The position numbers and the translations under genes were made by a program. A stretch of 64,000 nt of DNA from Rotaria socialis (lineage: Eukaryota), in contig CAJNYD010000117.1 in the NCBI GenBank assembly GCA_905331295.1, positions 1 to 64,000 on the forward strand, given 5' to 3'. Shown here piece by piece: positions 25,406 through 41,874 of the stretch (its first letter is position 1; every line of letters starts with the position of its first letter). The notes under the pieces were generated by a model. It was not told the origin of the DNA, did not search any database, and saw only the letters and a list, made by a program, of their open reading frames with translations.

Positions 25406-28203
25406 TCAAGCACGTTGTGGTCGTTCAGGGACTAATGAAGAGAAAAATGTTGATAAAGCCGTAAGTAAAAGACGTGTTGTTGTTACTGGATTCTCTTCAA
25501 CAGGACCAGGTGCAGGTGGCACAGGCTAAATATATGAATTTATTCAATCATTTTTAAGAAACTGTTACGAACTTTTCATTGAATGTAACATAGATCTCGG
25601 ACAACTTATACCGGGGGAGCCATAATGATGGCGACACTTAATGTTTTACGAATATCTCAACATAGATAATTCAGTTTTTTCAAAAGATACATCGTAATAC
25701 GAGGTTGATAGCGAATCTGTCTTATTATTCTGAGAAAGCACACAAATGAAAAATCACAGTAATTATATTGCCTGATGTCCCTTGTAAAAAAAATCAGATT
25801 AAAAATCTATTATAATGACATTATTTTAATCTGATTTTTCCACCTTAAATGGCAGATTATTTTTGATTTTGATTTTATTTTAATTGATTACCTACAAAAC
25901 TATTATAGTCGATTAAAATAAAATCAAAATCAAAAATAATCTGCCTTTTCAGGTTGAAAAATCTAGTTAAAATAGATTTCTAATCGCATAAAAATCAATT
26001 ATAATCAGATTTTGTTTTACATGGGGTGTTGCCGAGAGAAATTCTTATTATTTTGCCATCAAGCTCATGTCTGCAGCGAGATGGAGGGGCATCACATACG
26101 TATCAAAGATACTAAGAATGGTTCGAAAGAACTTTTAGTCGTTTACCTCTAGCGAACAGTGGCATTCTAACCCTATCAGAAATGAGGATATTCAGTATGT
26201 GCCAATAAACATGTTGATGTGAGCTATGCTCGAATCTTCACTATCAGCCTTAAAAAAAAGTTTTTTTTCCTCAACACCGTTCGTCTAGAGAATTTATCTG
26301 CTCTGAGATCTTCATCATACACGTTGGCGTTCAGCATCGTTCAGATTTTGAGCTTCATTTACTGCAACTTCTGGTTCGGCTTCAGCCTCTCCAACTTGTT
26401 CGCCATCATTAGCAGCTGGTTGTTCAGGAACAACAGGTGCCGGTGGCACTTGTACACGTCGACGTCGATGAATAGATAAATAGCCACGACAATGTCTAAA
26501 TAGGTCAACAATAGAATAATCTTAATCTTTTGGAAAATAATAAAACTTACAAATAAAGAAGAACAAAAATAACAAAAACAACAAGAAAACGGCTGAATGT
26601 TGAATAGAAGTAAATAATCGAGCATAGCACAAATAATTCCACAAGCATATTTAATACTCCTAAAAGATCATTCTCTTGTTCTAAATCATTATTGCCTGCT
26701 GCCGGTTGTGGTGCAGGAGCAGCAGCAGGAGGAGCAGGAGCAGAGGTTTCATTAGTAGATGATTGTTGTGTAGAAGTAGGAGTGGCAGTAGTTGTTGTTG
26801 TTGTTGTTGTCGTCGATGGAGGGATTACTGTTCTTTGATATGCAAGTAAATTTTGACTAAAAAAAAATCAAATATTAGCCAAACCGGTCACTTCTTAAAA
26901 AATTCTACTCACTACATTTGATAATGTGTATAGCAATATTGTAAATAAGCTTGACTTTCAAAGTTCAAATCCGGTTGAGTACCACATGGATTAATTAAAA
27001 ACCTAAAATAAAACGCATGCGGCAAGATTATGTTTTTTGAAATATAAATTCAAAATACCCTTGAAGTTGTTGCTGATATCGAAACAATTCTTCTGAATAC
27101 TGTTCATAAGTATTCGAGTGCGAACAACTCGATGACTTGTCAGAAGATGGTGGTGGTTCGGTAGCAATAGGAGCTGCTCGTACTGTTGTTAGGTGAGAAC
27201 TTTTCGGTGTCTGACATAAAAAATTAATTTACTGAAAATCAAAAATGAAACTTCTATTCTTACCGTTGCAGTTTTATCAGAATCAAGAACAAGATGAACC
27301 ATAAATGATGATCCCGATGAAGACTAAAAATCATTTTTTCTTTCTTAAAAAAAAAATACTTCGACAAAAAAATAAACGCTATCTGAGACATACGTAATAT
27401 GATACCTCTTGAATTTATCAAATGTATAAATTATTAACATGCTCGTTAATTAACACTTTTTTCCAGTTCTCTTCCATTCTTAATACTGAAGTAAAACTAC
27501 GCCTATTCTCTCTTTTTTTCAAATCTTAATTGATCGATGTTAGTATGAAATATGCCATTAATTTCATGACGTAGTTGAAAATGATAATATTTTTTAATTT
27601 TTATCTTTCGCAGAGGAAAACGATTAGAACAGTTTTGCTTTGCATCTACGAAATGTCGCCTTCGGTCCTATTGGAAACTTATTTATGATTTATTAAGGCT
27701 TCGACTGATACAAATTCATAGTTAGTTAATTATCAATTGAAATCTACACGTGGGTTAATCTTATAAGTAAACGAAGAATTTTTCCATTTATATTCGTTAG
27801 CTCTATGACGCAGTAAATAAAAAAATTTGATTAATTTTGTTCGATAATAACACACTTGTGTGCTCATGAATGATACGAGAAAGTACATTTGATAATGAAG
27901 CATGCGTAGAAGTTGATTATAATTATTCTTACTTTAACAAACACTTGACTAAGTAAACTTGAATCATCAAGAAGTTTACCAGAAAAAATTAAGCGTTGAT
28001 CTGTTGGTACCTTTAAAATAAAAGTATAAAATAAAGCATGAATCTAAGATAGAAATTCCTACCGGTCTAGTTGGATGATTCAACGTTATTTTTTGCTTTA
28101 GATCATAAACAGTTATTAATGGCGGCAGTTCAAGAAGAAAATCTGCATATTTGTTGTTGGTTGTACGAATGATTAATTTAATTGATTCATTTGCTGACGC
28201 CAT
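25406..28203 (-). CDS. HERPUD: Homocysteine-responsive ER-resident ubiquitin-like domain protein (HERP family)
   Basis: N-terminal UBL (IKLIIRT...TVYDLKQKI...HPTRP|VPTDQRLIFSGKLLDD), Gln/Tyr-rich middle, hydrophobic segment, C-terminal TFFSSLVPERPQRA* matching the HERP family end. Confidence 0.85.
25779..26025. mobile_element. Fold-back (palindromic) MITE with CCC...GGG termini and 2-bp GT TSD (CMC/EnSpm-like) in a HERPUD intron
   Basis: Termini CCCTTGTAAAAAAAATCAGATT / AATCAGATTTTGTTTTACATGGG; GT at 25777-25778 and 26026-26027; internal perfect 34-bp inverted repeat 25851-25884 / 25912-25945. Confidence 0.8.
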
Positions 28204-28718
28204 GAATTAATAGTAATTGTCTATGCTCTGTACAAAATGAAAATTGAATAAAAAAATAAACATAGTCATCTACCTATATACGCAGGTGGTTGATTTTCTA
28301 TTGATGATTTTCCCGACCAATCGGAATTAAGCAAATAGAATTTGATTCTTCTAGAGGGCATTGGCAATATTTTAAATGAGTCATTTGATTATTGATCGAA
28401 AGATAGATAGATAGATAGATAGAATAGATAGAAAGAGCAAGCTTTTTTCTCCGAGTTCTATCAACCTTCGCGGCACAGAGCAAATCTGTCGCACTGTATC
28501 ATATATTGCCATCCATATTTCTTTTTCCACAAAAAGATTTTTTTTCTGAGTCGTCCATTTTCTTATGACGATAAGTAAATAACAAGACAGGGACATCGTG
28601 ACATTCGCATTATTGTATAAAAGCCTTAGTGTCAGCGAGTCGACTATTTTTTCCAATCAGGCAATATCTAGGCAGCTAAATTAATGATGGAAAATAAGTT
28701 TTTTGCTGTTTTATTTAG
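28204..28718. promoter_or_regulatory. Short head-to-head interval between HERPUD and PTEN (putative bidirectional promoter), contains (GATA)n at ~28401-28431
   Basis: Divergent start codons at 28203 (-) and 28719 (+); several CCAAT/ATTGG motifs. Confidence 0.55.
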
Positions 28719-32216
<3,498 letters not shown>

Positions 32217-34127
32217 ACTGTGGTAAGTTAAAAAAAATGCATTGAGCCTATTTCACTTTTTTTTTTATTAATAAAAATATCTTGCCGGAAACAACTATGA
32301 TCGAAATGTGTTTTTTCTTCGTGTAGGCTGCTGGCAAAATTTATAATTCTGCGAAGGATGTAAACATCTGTGCTTTATTTTGTTTTCTACTTGCAGAAAC
32401 AATAAGCTATGCGAATAATCGTTTTTATTCACTTTATCAACTGGCAATTACTGAGAACAAAAACATGAAAGTTTCTAATTAGTCACATCGTCTATGCGAT
32501 TCATAGGGAAAATTCTTCTTATGAAACAAATGATAACTTATCAATAAACCAAAGTATCCTAGTCGCCGACAATAACCTCCTGAATATTTTTATTTTTCGC
32601 TTTATCCAAGTGGCGTATTTGCTTGCGTAATACAGAATTAGAATTAAGTATTATTTGAGCAAATGATAATTATTGTGAAATAGCGACTTGTCACGCTAGT
32701 TTTTTTTAAAACTCCTGTTCTATGTGTTCGTCGCTTTGTATATTGTTTTTTTTCATTTAACTTGTATTGCACATACTGTTTAAAACAAAAATAAAACAAG
32801 ATATATTCTATTTCGTATTATACAATTCTTTCTTGAAAACAAAATTTCAAAATTTCCCTTCGTTTTATAGATTGGAAATGCTCAGAAATCAGTTGATTTT
32901 CGAAGACTTGAACATGCCGATGAAAATGAGAATTACATATAAGTATTCAATACTAACCGAACATAACCTTCTAGGCTCATTCTATTAATCCTTTAAAATC
33001 GCTAAGAAACAAATAATTTCGGAAGCTAGCGGTAGATATAGAAGCTGCTCGCTTGTTATATCACTAGAGCTTGTAGATTAGGACCCGGTTGGGTTCGAAA
33101 GTCTTGAATTTAACGAGCTTTGCCAGTGAAGACGGTCTTAAAAATATGTGTATCCACCCATTATCCTGGGCGAAACCGGAGAAGAAACGATCATTATCCT
33201 CGCATTGACTATAGAATTCCGATTAGAATATTTTACTAACAGTATAAAAGTGCTGTTCAACAGGATTTGACTCGACGGGCTCTGCTAGCTACATTGGTGT
33301 TAGCTCGTATAGTTGGTACTCATGCACTGTACGACCGATATTTAAAAATAAACTTTCCCGGAAATCGAATTATAAATTGTTGGGAAATAGATTTTTACAT
33401 TTTCTTGCAAAGATTTAAGCGTCATTCATTCGTGAAAAGGAAACAAGATAAGATCATTCACACGAATACAATTCTTTTATTCGACATGAACAACATAAAA
33501 GCTTAATATTCAATACAATCAAACGAGATAAAAATAGAATTTTTCCTCTTATTCTATCAGTAGTTTTATAAAGAACAAATGAAAGCATTAATTAATTATT
33601 TTTCTATGATCGATAAAAACAACTGTCGTACATGAAAAGAAACTAAAACACACTCACACTATTTTTCAGCGCCATCGGTCATCTCATAAGCATTCGAATC
33701 GATTACTTCGCTATTCTTCTTATTTGACTAAAATGTTTTTTTCAGTGACAAAAAAATTGATTAGTTCTTACAGGCATTTGTCTTGCAACGTGATAGTCAT
33801 TTATTTATCTTCTTCAGAACGCAAGCGTCCCTCAGTAAAGTGCATCTTTTGAAATATGATAAAGTAGATAGCGTTTATTATGATGCGCTCTGTGTCTTAT
33901 CACCGAGTACCTAAACACGCAAGGAAGAGATACCTTACTTATTCACATTCTAATTATCTATCTCATTCTTGTTGTTTTCTGCACTTTTGTATGACGACTA
34001 TGGTGAGATGTTTTCTATTGGATAATAGTAGGTAACTGATGCCGAAGAAATTTCTTTTGAATTTTGCCATATATATATGTTTTAGAAAAAAATTAATTTT
34101 CAGTTTTCATGTTATTAACATAATACA

Positions 34128-37100
34128 ATGTTGAAGCTTTTAATAGTTATTACTTGTTTTCTATTGAATTTGTCACAAGCCGACGTAAGAAAAAAAATCT
34201 TTTATTTTTAGTGAAATTAATTATTGTTTCTAAAAAAAAGGATGCACACTGTATCTGGTATCAACAATGCGGACTTAATCCATCAGGAAAAGTAACTAAT
34301 TGTTACTATAATGGGACAGCAAAATTATTAACGGATCCGACCGCATTGAAAACATTAGAAACGGCTTGTGGTATGGTATACAATGGTACGTATAGGAAGG
34401 TGATGTGATGTGTAACGTAAAGTTAACCTTTTCCAACCAATTATTTTATTCGACAATGAAAATCATCTATAAAATCGGGTGTTTTCGATTGCTGTACGAT
34501 TTTTTAAAGAAATTATTACAGAAAAAAACGATTTTATGAGTGTCTATTAGATCGCAGCGGCTTATAATTATTTCATTTCTTTCAGGTCCCAATAGCACGT
34601 ATACTTGTTGTGCACCGGATCAAATAGCGAATATGGCAAATCAATTCGGTATGGCCAAATTAATGTTAGGACGTTGCCCGTCGTGTTACTACAATTTTCG
34701 ATCGTTATTTTGTTCGATGACATGTAGTCCAGATCACAATCGGTTTTTGACTGTTATAGATTATGGTACTAGTACATTGCATCCAGGCGAAACAACAGTC
34801 GAAGCAATTAACTATACAATAGCTGATGATTTTGCTGAGCGTATTCTTACGTCTTGCAGGTTTATTATTAAGAATAATAATAATAATCTCATTTTTATTA
34901 TATAAATTTGTTGTAGAGATGTTCTATATCCTGGCGGTAATCAACATTCTCTTGATTCAATGTGCGGTCGACCTTATGATCAATGCACCAAAGAAGCATT
35001 TATGCAATATTTAGGCATCGATAATCCTCAAGTACCATTTCCTATTCACATTCTATTTTCCAATAATACCAGTGAAGCGGAAAGTTATTATAACCAGACA
35101 ACATTTTTATGCAATGAGCCAATTCTATCAAGATATGAGAATAAAACAGCTTGTGGTTGCTTAGTAAGCACGAAAAATGTTCTCATAAAAAGAAAAATAT
35201 GAAAATATGCCTATTTAGGATTGTCAAAAGTCTTGTAGTCCAACCCCACCCGATGTTCCAGATAAAAAATTTACAATTTGGAATCTAGATGGATGGTTTG
35301 TTATTGCAATGGTTGGCAGTGTTCTTTTACTATCGACTTTTTTTCTTTCGACATTTACAATTTCGAAATTACGGAAACCTCGCGCAACGGAATATCGATT
35401 TACAGGTGAGATCTAATTTTTGTTGGGCTTTGTATTGACCAAATGTGTTTGTGTATAGACACGATCACTTTGATACCGCCAGTGAACCCACAGAAATCTT
35501 CTGGACGCATGAAACATATTCGAAAAAGTACTGAACAATTTCTCGAACGAATTTTCTTCCGGTAAAATAATTCGATGAATTTATTTTTCATACAGAAATT
35601 TTTATCTTTCCAGTTTGGGTCTTTTCTGTGCTCAACGACCGTATTTAGTTTTAACCAGTGGTTTAATCGTCATTGCCAGTCTTTCATGTGGTTTGATTAA
35701 ATTTAAAGTAACCACTGATCCCGTACAATTATGGTCAGCGAAATCAAGTATCGCACGGCAACAAAAAGATTATTTTGATCAACATTTTCGGTAGAATATT
35801 TTTCTATTGAACTTCCTATAGAAATTTAATATTCGATTAGGCCATTCTATCGAACAACACAATTAATTATCATACCGGATGATCAATCATTTGTTAAGCA
35901 CACTTACTTATCTCCGCCGGCACCACTCAGTGAATATACAGTAGGTCCTGCATTTGAAATAGGCTTTCTATCGCGTGTACTTGAACTTCAAACCGACGTA
36001 CTTTCACTTACAGCTAACTTAAGTGAACAGAATCAAACGGTTTATTTATCCGACATATGTTTAAAACCTTTAGCACCCGACAATGAAAATTGTACTGTTC
36101 TCTCACTTCTTCAATACTATCAAAATTCGAAGGAAAATTTATTGAGAACTGTTGGCGATGAATTTTTCACTTATTTCGATTATGCAACACATTTTCTCAC
36201 TTGTTCACAAGCGCCAACAACAACACTCGATAGTCCATTGGGTTTATCATGTTTTGGAGATTTCGGGGGAACAATAAATCCATTTATGGTTCTCGGAAAT
36301 TATACCGATACAGCGTATGCCAACGCCACAGCTCTTGTCATCACAATTGTGATTGAAAATTCAAATGATCCAGAAAAGATTCGATTAGGTTTGTTTGGAT
36401 ACTTTTGTTTTGCTCATTCCAATAGATTTTTGTTTATTTAGCTGAAGCATGGGAAAAAGTTTTTCTTGATTTTATGAAAAATTTCACTGAAACTCAAAAG
36501 ACACTGAGAGACTCCGGCAAATGGAATCAATCAGCTAATTTTACTGTTTTCTATAGTGCTGAACGTTCGATTCAAGATGAATTAAATCGTCAAAGTCGTT
36601 CGGATATATTAACCATAGTCATATCATATACAATTATGTTTCTCTATGTAACATTAACATTGGGTCATATTCGTTCGTGGCGAACATTTTTAATTGATCT
36701 AAAAATATCCGTCGGATTTATCGGGGTTCTTTTTGTTTTGTTATCAGTCATGAGTTCCATAGGATTTTATTCCTATTGTGGTATTGCCGGTACTTTAATT
36801 ATCTTTGAAGTTATACCATTTCTTGTGTTAGCCGTCGGAGTGGATAATATATTTATCATCGTACAACATTTTGAAAAAGCCAAAACCGAAGAATATCAAT
36901 CGTCGGATATGCGTTTAGCAGCAACGGTTAGCCGTGTTGGTCCATCGATATTGTTAACAGCAACAAGTGAATCCATCGCGTTTCTTGTCGGATCATTAAC
37001 ACCTATGCCGGCTGTACAAATTTTTTCATTATACGCATTTATGGCCGTGTTTATTGATTTTCTCTTGCAAATAACCTGTTTCGTATCGGTACTTGCCATT

Positions 37101-39434
37101 GATGCTCGACGACAAGATGCCGATCGACCTGATTTAGTTTGTTGTTTGCCAATGAATGTTTCAAACAATTCAACAGAACAAAAATCTAAAGGAGTCCTGC
37201 AGCAAATGTTTACGAACGTACTGACACCCATAGTTTTAGGAAAATCGTTAGTGCGCGCAATTATTTTCGCTATATTTATTATTCTAACGTGTTTATCATT
37301 ATCAACGATACATCGAATACCTATTGGGCTCGATCAAAAACTATCAATGCCAAAGGACTCCTATGTTCTAGATTATTTCCGTGGTTTAGAAGAATATTTA
37401 AGTGTTGGCCCACCTGTATATTTTGTTGTCAATCAAGATGCTATCGACTATAAACGTATCAATGATCAAGATCTACTCTGTGGCACATCCGGTTGCTCAT
37501 CAATGTCATTACTTGGGCAAATCGGACAAGCATTGAGACAACCGAAACATTACTATTTAGCACAACCACCTTCATCATGGCTTGACGATTATTTCGATTG
37601 GCTACAATCAACGAACGATCCGCCGTGTTGTCGAATTCATAATGAAACAAATGAATTTTGTCCGGCTACATTAAATGATACATCCTGTGTCAATTGTCCG
37701 ATAAATTTCGTCGAAAATGAACGACCATCGCCGGATGATTTTCCACGATATATTAATTTTTTTCTACACGATAATCCTGGTGAAAAATGCCCGAAAGGTG
37801 GTCATGCGGCGTATAAAGATGCTGTACAATTAATTAATAATACTTATGTAAAGAGTTCATATTTTATGGGTTTTCATTCTGTACTTAAAACATCAGCGGA
37901 TTTTATTGGTGCTATGAAAAGTGCGAATGAAATTGCCAAAGCTATTTCAAAAACGATATTAACCAATCAAACTAAACCTTATCACGATTCAAATCAACTT
38001 CAAGACTATGCAGTTTTTCCCTACAGGTAAATATTTTCTATGCCACTACCAGATTAATTTTTCTCGTCATTCTGATTTCTATTGAATAAGTTTAAGCTCA
38101 TATTTCAAATTGGCCCTAGTAAAAAAAAGCAGAGATCTGTAGCATTTACGCCAGAGACAAATTTTAATGATGAATATCTTTCATGTTGAGTTCTTGCATA
38201 ATTAATAATATCATGTATAAGGCTAGCCTGATTTTCTTAAATGTCAGCAAAATTTCGAACTATCACGCAATCCGATTGATAAAATATTTGATGTCTCCTA
38301 TTTTCTCAACATGATCTTAGAAGAGGACTGTAGATTTCGAATTCCTTTTAATCGAGAAACGTGTCAGCCGTCGTAATAAATAACGTCATTTTAAAAACGT
38401 CGCAATTCGAATATCAATAATACCTGGTCATAAAATATATACTTCCTTTTTCCTGGAAAATAAAGTAAAGAAATCTGTCTCAGAAGAGTTTTTTCGTGAC
38501 ACTGTCAATCCTCCCGGGAACTGCAGTGGCCACTTGCTAATCAGAGAAAAGCTTCATATAAACATATAACTCAATTTGAGATCTATTTCTTTGTTGTAGT
38601 GTATTCTACGTATTTTATGATCAATATTTAACTATTTGGAAAAATTTAATCGTCAATTTATCTGTATCGTTCGCTGCTGTTTTCCTTGTAACATGCATTT
38701 TATTGGGCTTCGATATCCATACGTCATTCATTATAATTCTTTGTGTGTTTATGATTATTATTGATATGTTTGGCGTTATGTACTTATGGCATATTGAACT
38801 AAATGCTATTTCTGTTGTAAATATTGTGATGGTAAAAACTTACATTCAAAAAAAATATGAATGCATTGATTCTAAAGTATATTTACTTTTCTATTTAGTC
38901 TGTTGGCATAGCTGTTGAGTTTTGTGCGCATATAGCTCGATATTTTGCTGTAAGTCAAGGCACTAGTCGGCTTCATCGAGCAAAAATAGCTTTATCGGAA
39001 ATGGGTAGTTCGGTATGACATGATTAGAAATTGTAAAAGCAAAATATTCTACTACGGAATCTTTATCTATAGGTATTTAGTGGCATCACATTAACGAAGA
39101 TTGGCGGTGTTGTTGTTCTTGCATTTGCAAAATCACAATTATTTCAAGTATTTTATTTTCGTATGTATTTATCTCTGGTTATTATTGGTGCATTACATGG
39201 CTTGATTTTTCTGCCTGTTCTACTTAGTTATTGTGGTTCGTAGGATTGCTTTATCATGTTTCGTAAGGTGTATTTTGTTGTTTTTGTCTTGCAGGTCCAG
39301 CCGCGTTGGATGTGATTGATGATAGGAAAGAAGAAAATCAAACGAACGTAATTGTTGACATGACACCCGACGGAACTGAAGCTTATGATCATGAAAATTC
39401 TGTTCAGTTTATTGTAACAGGAAAAGATTATTAA
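34128..39434 (+). CDS. NPC1: Niemann-Pick C1-like intracellular cholesterol transporter
   Basis: Signal [54 protein letters not shown]; sterol-sensing [65 protein letters not shown]; stop TAA 39432-39434. Confidence 0.96.
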
Positions 39435-41874
39435 TATTTGCCTAGTTTTCTGTGACTTTTTTCTTTCATTCTCGATTGTCAGATGTTAATGTGTGCGTTT
39501 TTTTTTGTGCTTTATTTTTATCGTTGGATATAAATGCACGCGAAGCAGTAAAAGAAATATTAGAAGTTAGTCATGCCTGTCTCTTTTCTTTCAATGTACG
39601 CAGCTGAATTATTGATCACGAGAAATCTATTAATAGAAGCTTTTTTTTCGCTCTCGTTTGCTCCAGGTAATTTAGAAAATGATATTTGATAAGAACGGAA
39701 GAAAAGAATGATTATATTATAAAAAAGACTGCCCACAGTAAAATAGATCATTAGATTTTTTTCTTCTGTCTATCGTATCAAACAAGACACACATTAATAA
39801 ACTTTCTGCCATTGAGATCAAAGTAAGTGAAAAGTCCTTTTGCACTCCTACATGATGAAGTACCTTGAATCGAATTATAATTGGTGGTAGAGTCTACTAG
39901 ATGACTATCGATAAATTTTTACTGTAACATCACTTTCTTATTGACTGTTGATTTCTAATAAAATGTTTTCTTCAAATTCACCAGGCATGACTTTTTTCTT
40001 GGTTGATTTAATTTTTGATAAGACTGTAGGTCATTAAAAACGATTTTAATGTAACTATTGCAATAAACATGCAGCCATAGTTGTCACTGTCAAATTAACG
40101 ATTGATCAATTACATGATTTATAGCAGATAAATCAACTACGACAATATTCTATTCTATCGATTTGAAAGTCATTTTTACTTTTATCGTAAAATGTATCCA
40201 ATTGATTTTAATTACCATATTTGACACGACAGAAGTCATGAATGACAGGCATTTTAATAGTTTATATTGACAAGAGCCAGACGTGCTAAATTTTCCAAGG
40301 TATGCAGAATTTGATCAAATCATATCCTTTTTTAATATTTATAATGAATAATCTACAGAAAATATGCAAAAACTTTTACCCTGAAAATTGAACTCAAAGT
40401 ATTCCTGTGTAGAACATTTAGTGACATCTGGAGTAAGAAAAACCATTTAATCGTGACAAAATTGCCGTCAGAAAATCTAATGAAATTTTCGTAGAATTAT
40501 TCTTTTCAATAGACGAAATAAAATATTAATTAAATAGTTTGACACGAAAGACTCCATCCAATCAGTAATGCTCATTAAACTAATACGAAATTCTATACAT
40601 GATGATTTATTGTTCTTTTTGGTATAAAGTCAGGTTGAGTAATAAAATTTTTCTCATTAAAATATTTGCAAAGAAAAACGAGATCCTATGAATTTCCTAT
40701 TCATAAAATGTAAAATATTATGTACAAAAAAATGTATTAAACACGCCCAAACACATTGCAGTTTATATTTAATTAGAAATTTTGCTCTTGATCATTTACA
40801 TATTACTTACCCTCGACTTTAAGCGTGCGTTATATCGATTCTTTTTTTATCATGAATCTATCGATTTTTTACGCACTACTATTTTGTTTTTTATTTACCT
40901 GGATTAAACTAACAAAAAGTCATGCCTCTCTTTTCCTTTTAACGTCTCAATATTTTCTTTTCCTTTCGCATGCATACCTATATATATATATATATATATG
41001 AAACGGAAGACATCAATTTGAGTTGCCTAAGGTTATCCGATAGTAAAGTAATAGCGACTAAAAAATAAGAATAATAAGGTATGAATAAAAATTTTCATCT
41101 ATTTACTGGCATGCACAGAGAGAGAGAGAAGGAAAATAATATTCTTAATGTTTTACAATCAGTTAACTGTTGCGTAGGAGAATATAAGAAGGCGACAAGA
41201 TTGATGCATGTTTTGTCAAAGCGAAGAACAGAAAGTAGTAAATAGTCATGGACAGTAAACGTCATTCGCATGCATAACGCTCTATTAGCTTGTACTTATT
41301 TGAATATGAAGAGAGTGCATTTTAAAAAGGGAGAGAGAAAGAGAAAAAGGTGAGACATGACATTTCCTAGAGAGGAAAATAAAAAAAAATCTTGCTTGAT
41401 ATATTTTTATTTTTTCGTTGAATAATTAGTTTTTATAGCAACGAGAGCAGAAGAAGAGCATTTTACTCGAGTGATTCTTGAATAAGTACACAAGGCAACA
41501 ACAACCCTGACAAAAACGGGACTTAAAACGTAGGTACACGCAAAATCTAAAGTAGCATGCGATTATACCAGTACACAGTTCCTTTTATTATGAGTGAGTG
41601 TTTAATAATTCTGAATAATTATTTATTCGGCATGATTCTTACTCATTCGAACATTAATATTAAAGAACCGACTGTATTTAGACTCAATTTACATTAACAT
41701 TTTTCATACGACAAACATTTATTTTCTATTTTTGTTGCTATTCTCAAATTTCAAATGACGATATAGTAGCTCGACTTCTAACACAGAGAATCATCTTTAT
41801 ATTTAGTATATAAAAAAAGAAGCAACAGAAGAACATCGATACAGTAATAATAATAAAAAGGAAAGGAAAAGAAA

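Noticed and set aside
28280..28330. Possible ERSE/ERSE-II element in the HERPUD promoter
   Set aside because: Spacing and sequence do not match CCAAT-N9-CCACG or ATTGG-N-CCACG.
33020..33200. GGGTTCGAA box-B-like word suggesting a tRNA or SINE
   Set aside because: No cloverleaf or properly spaced box A; cannot support a tRNA call.
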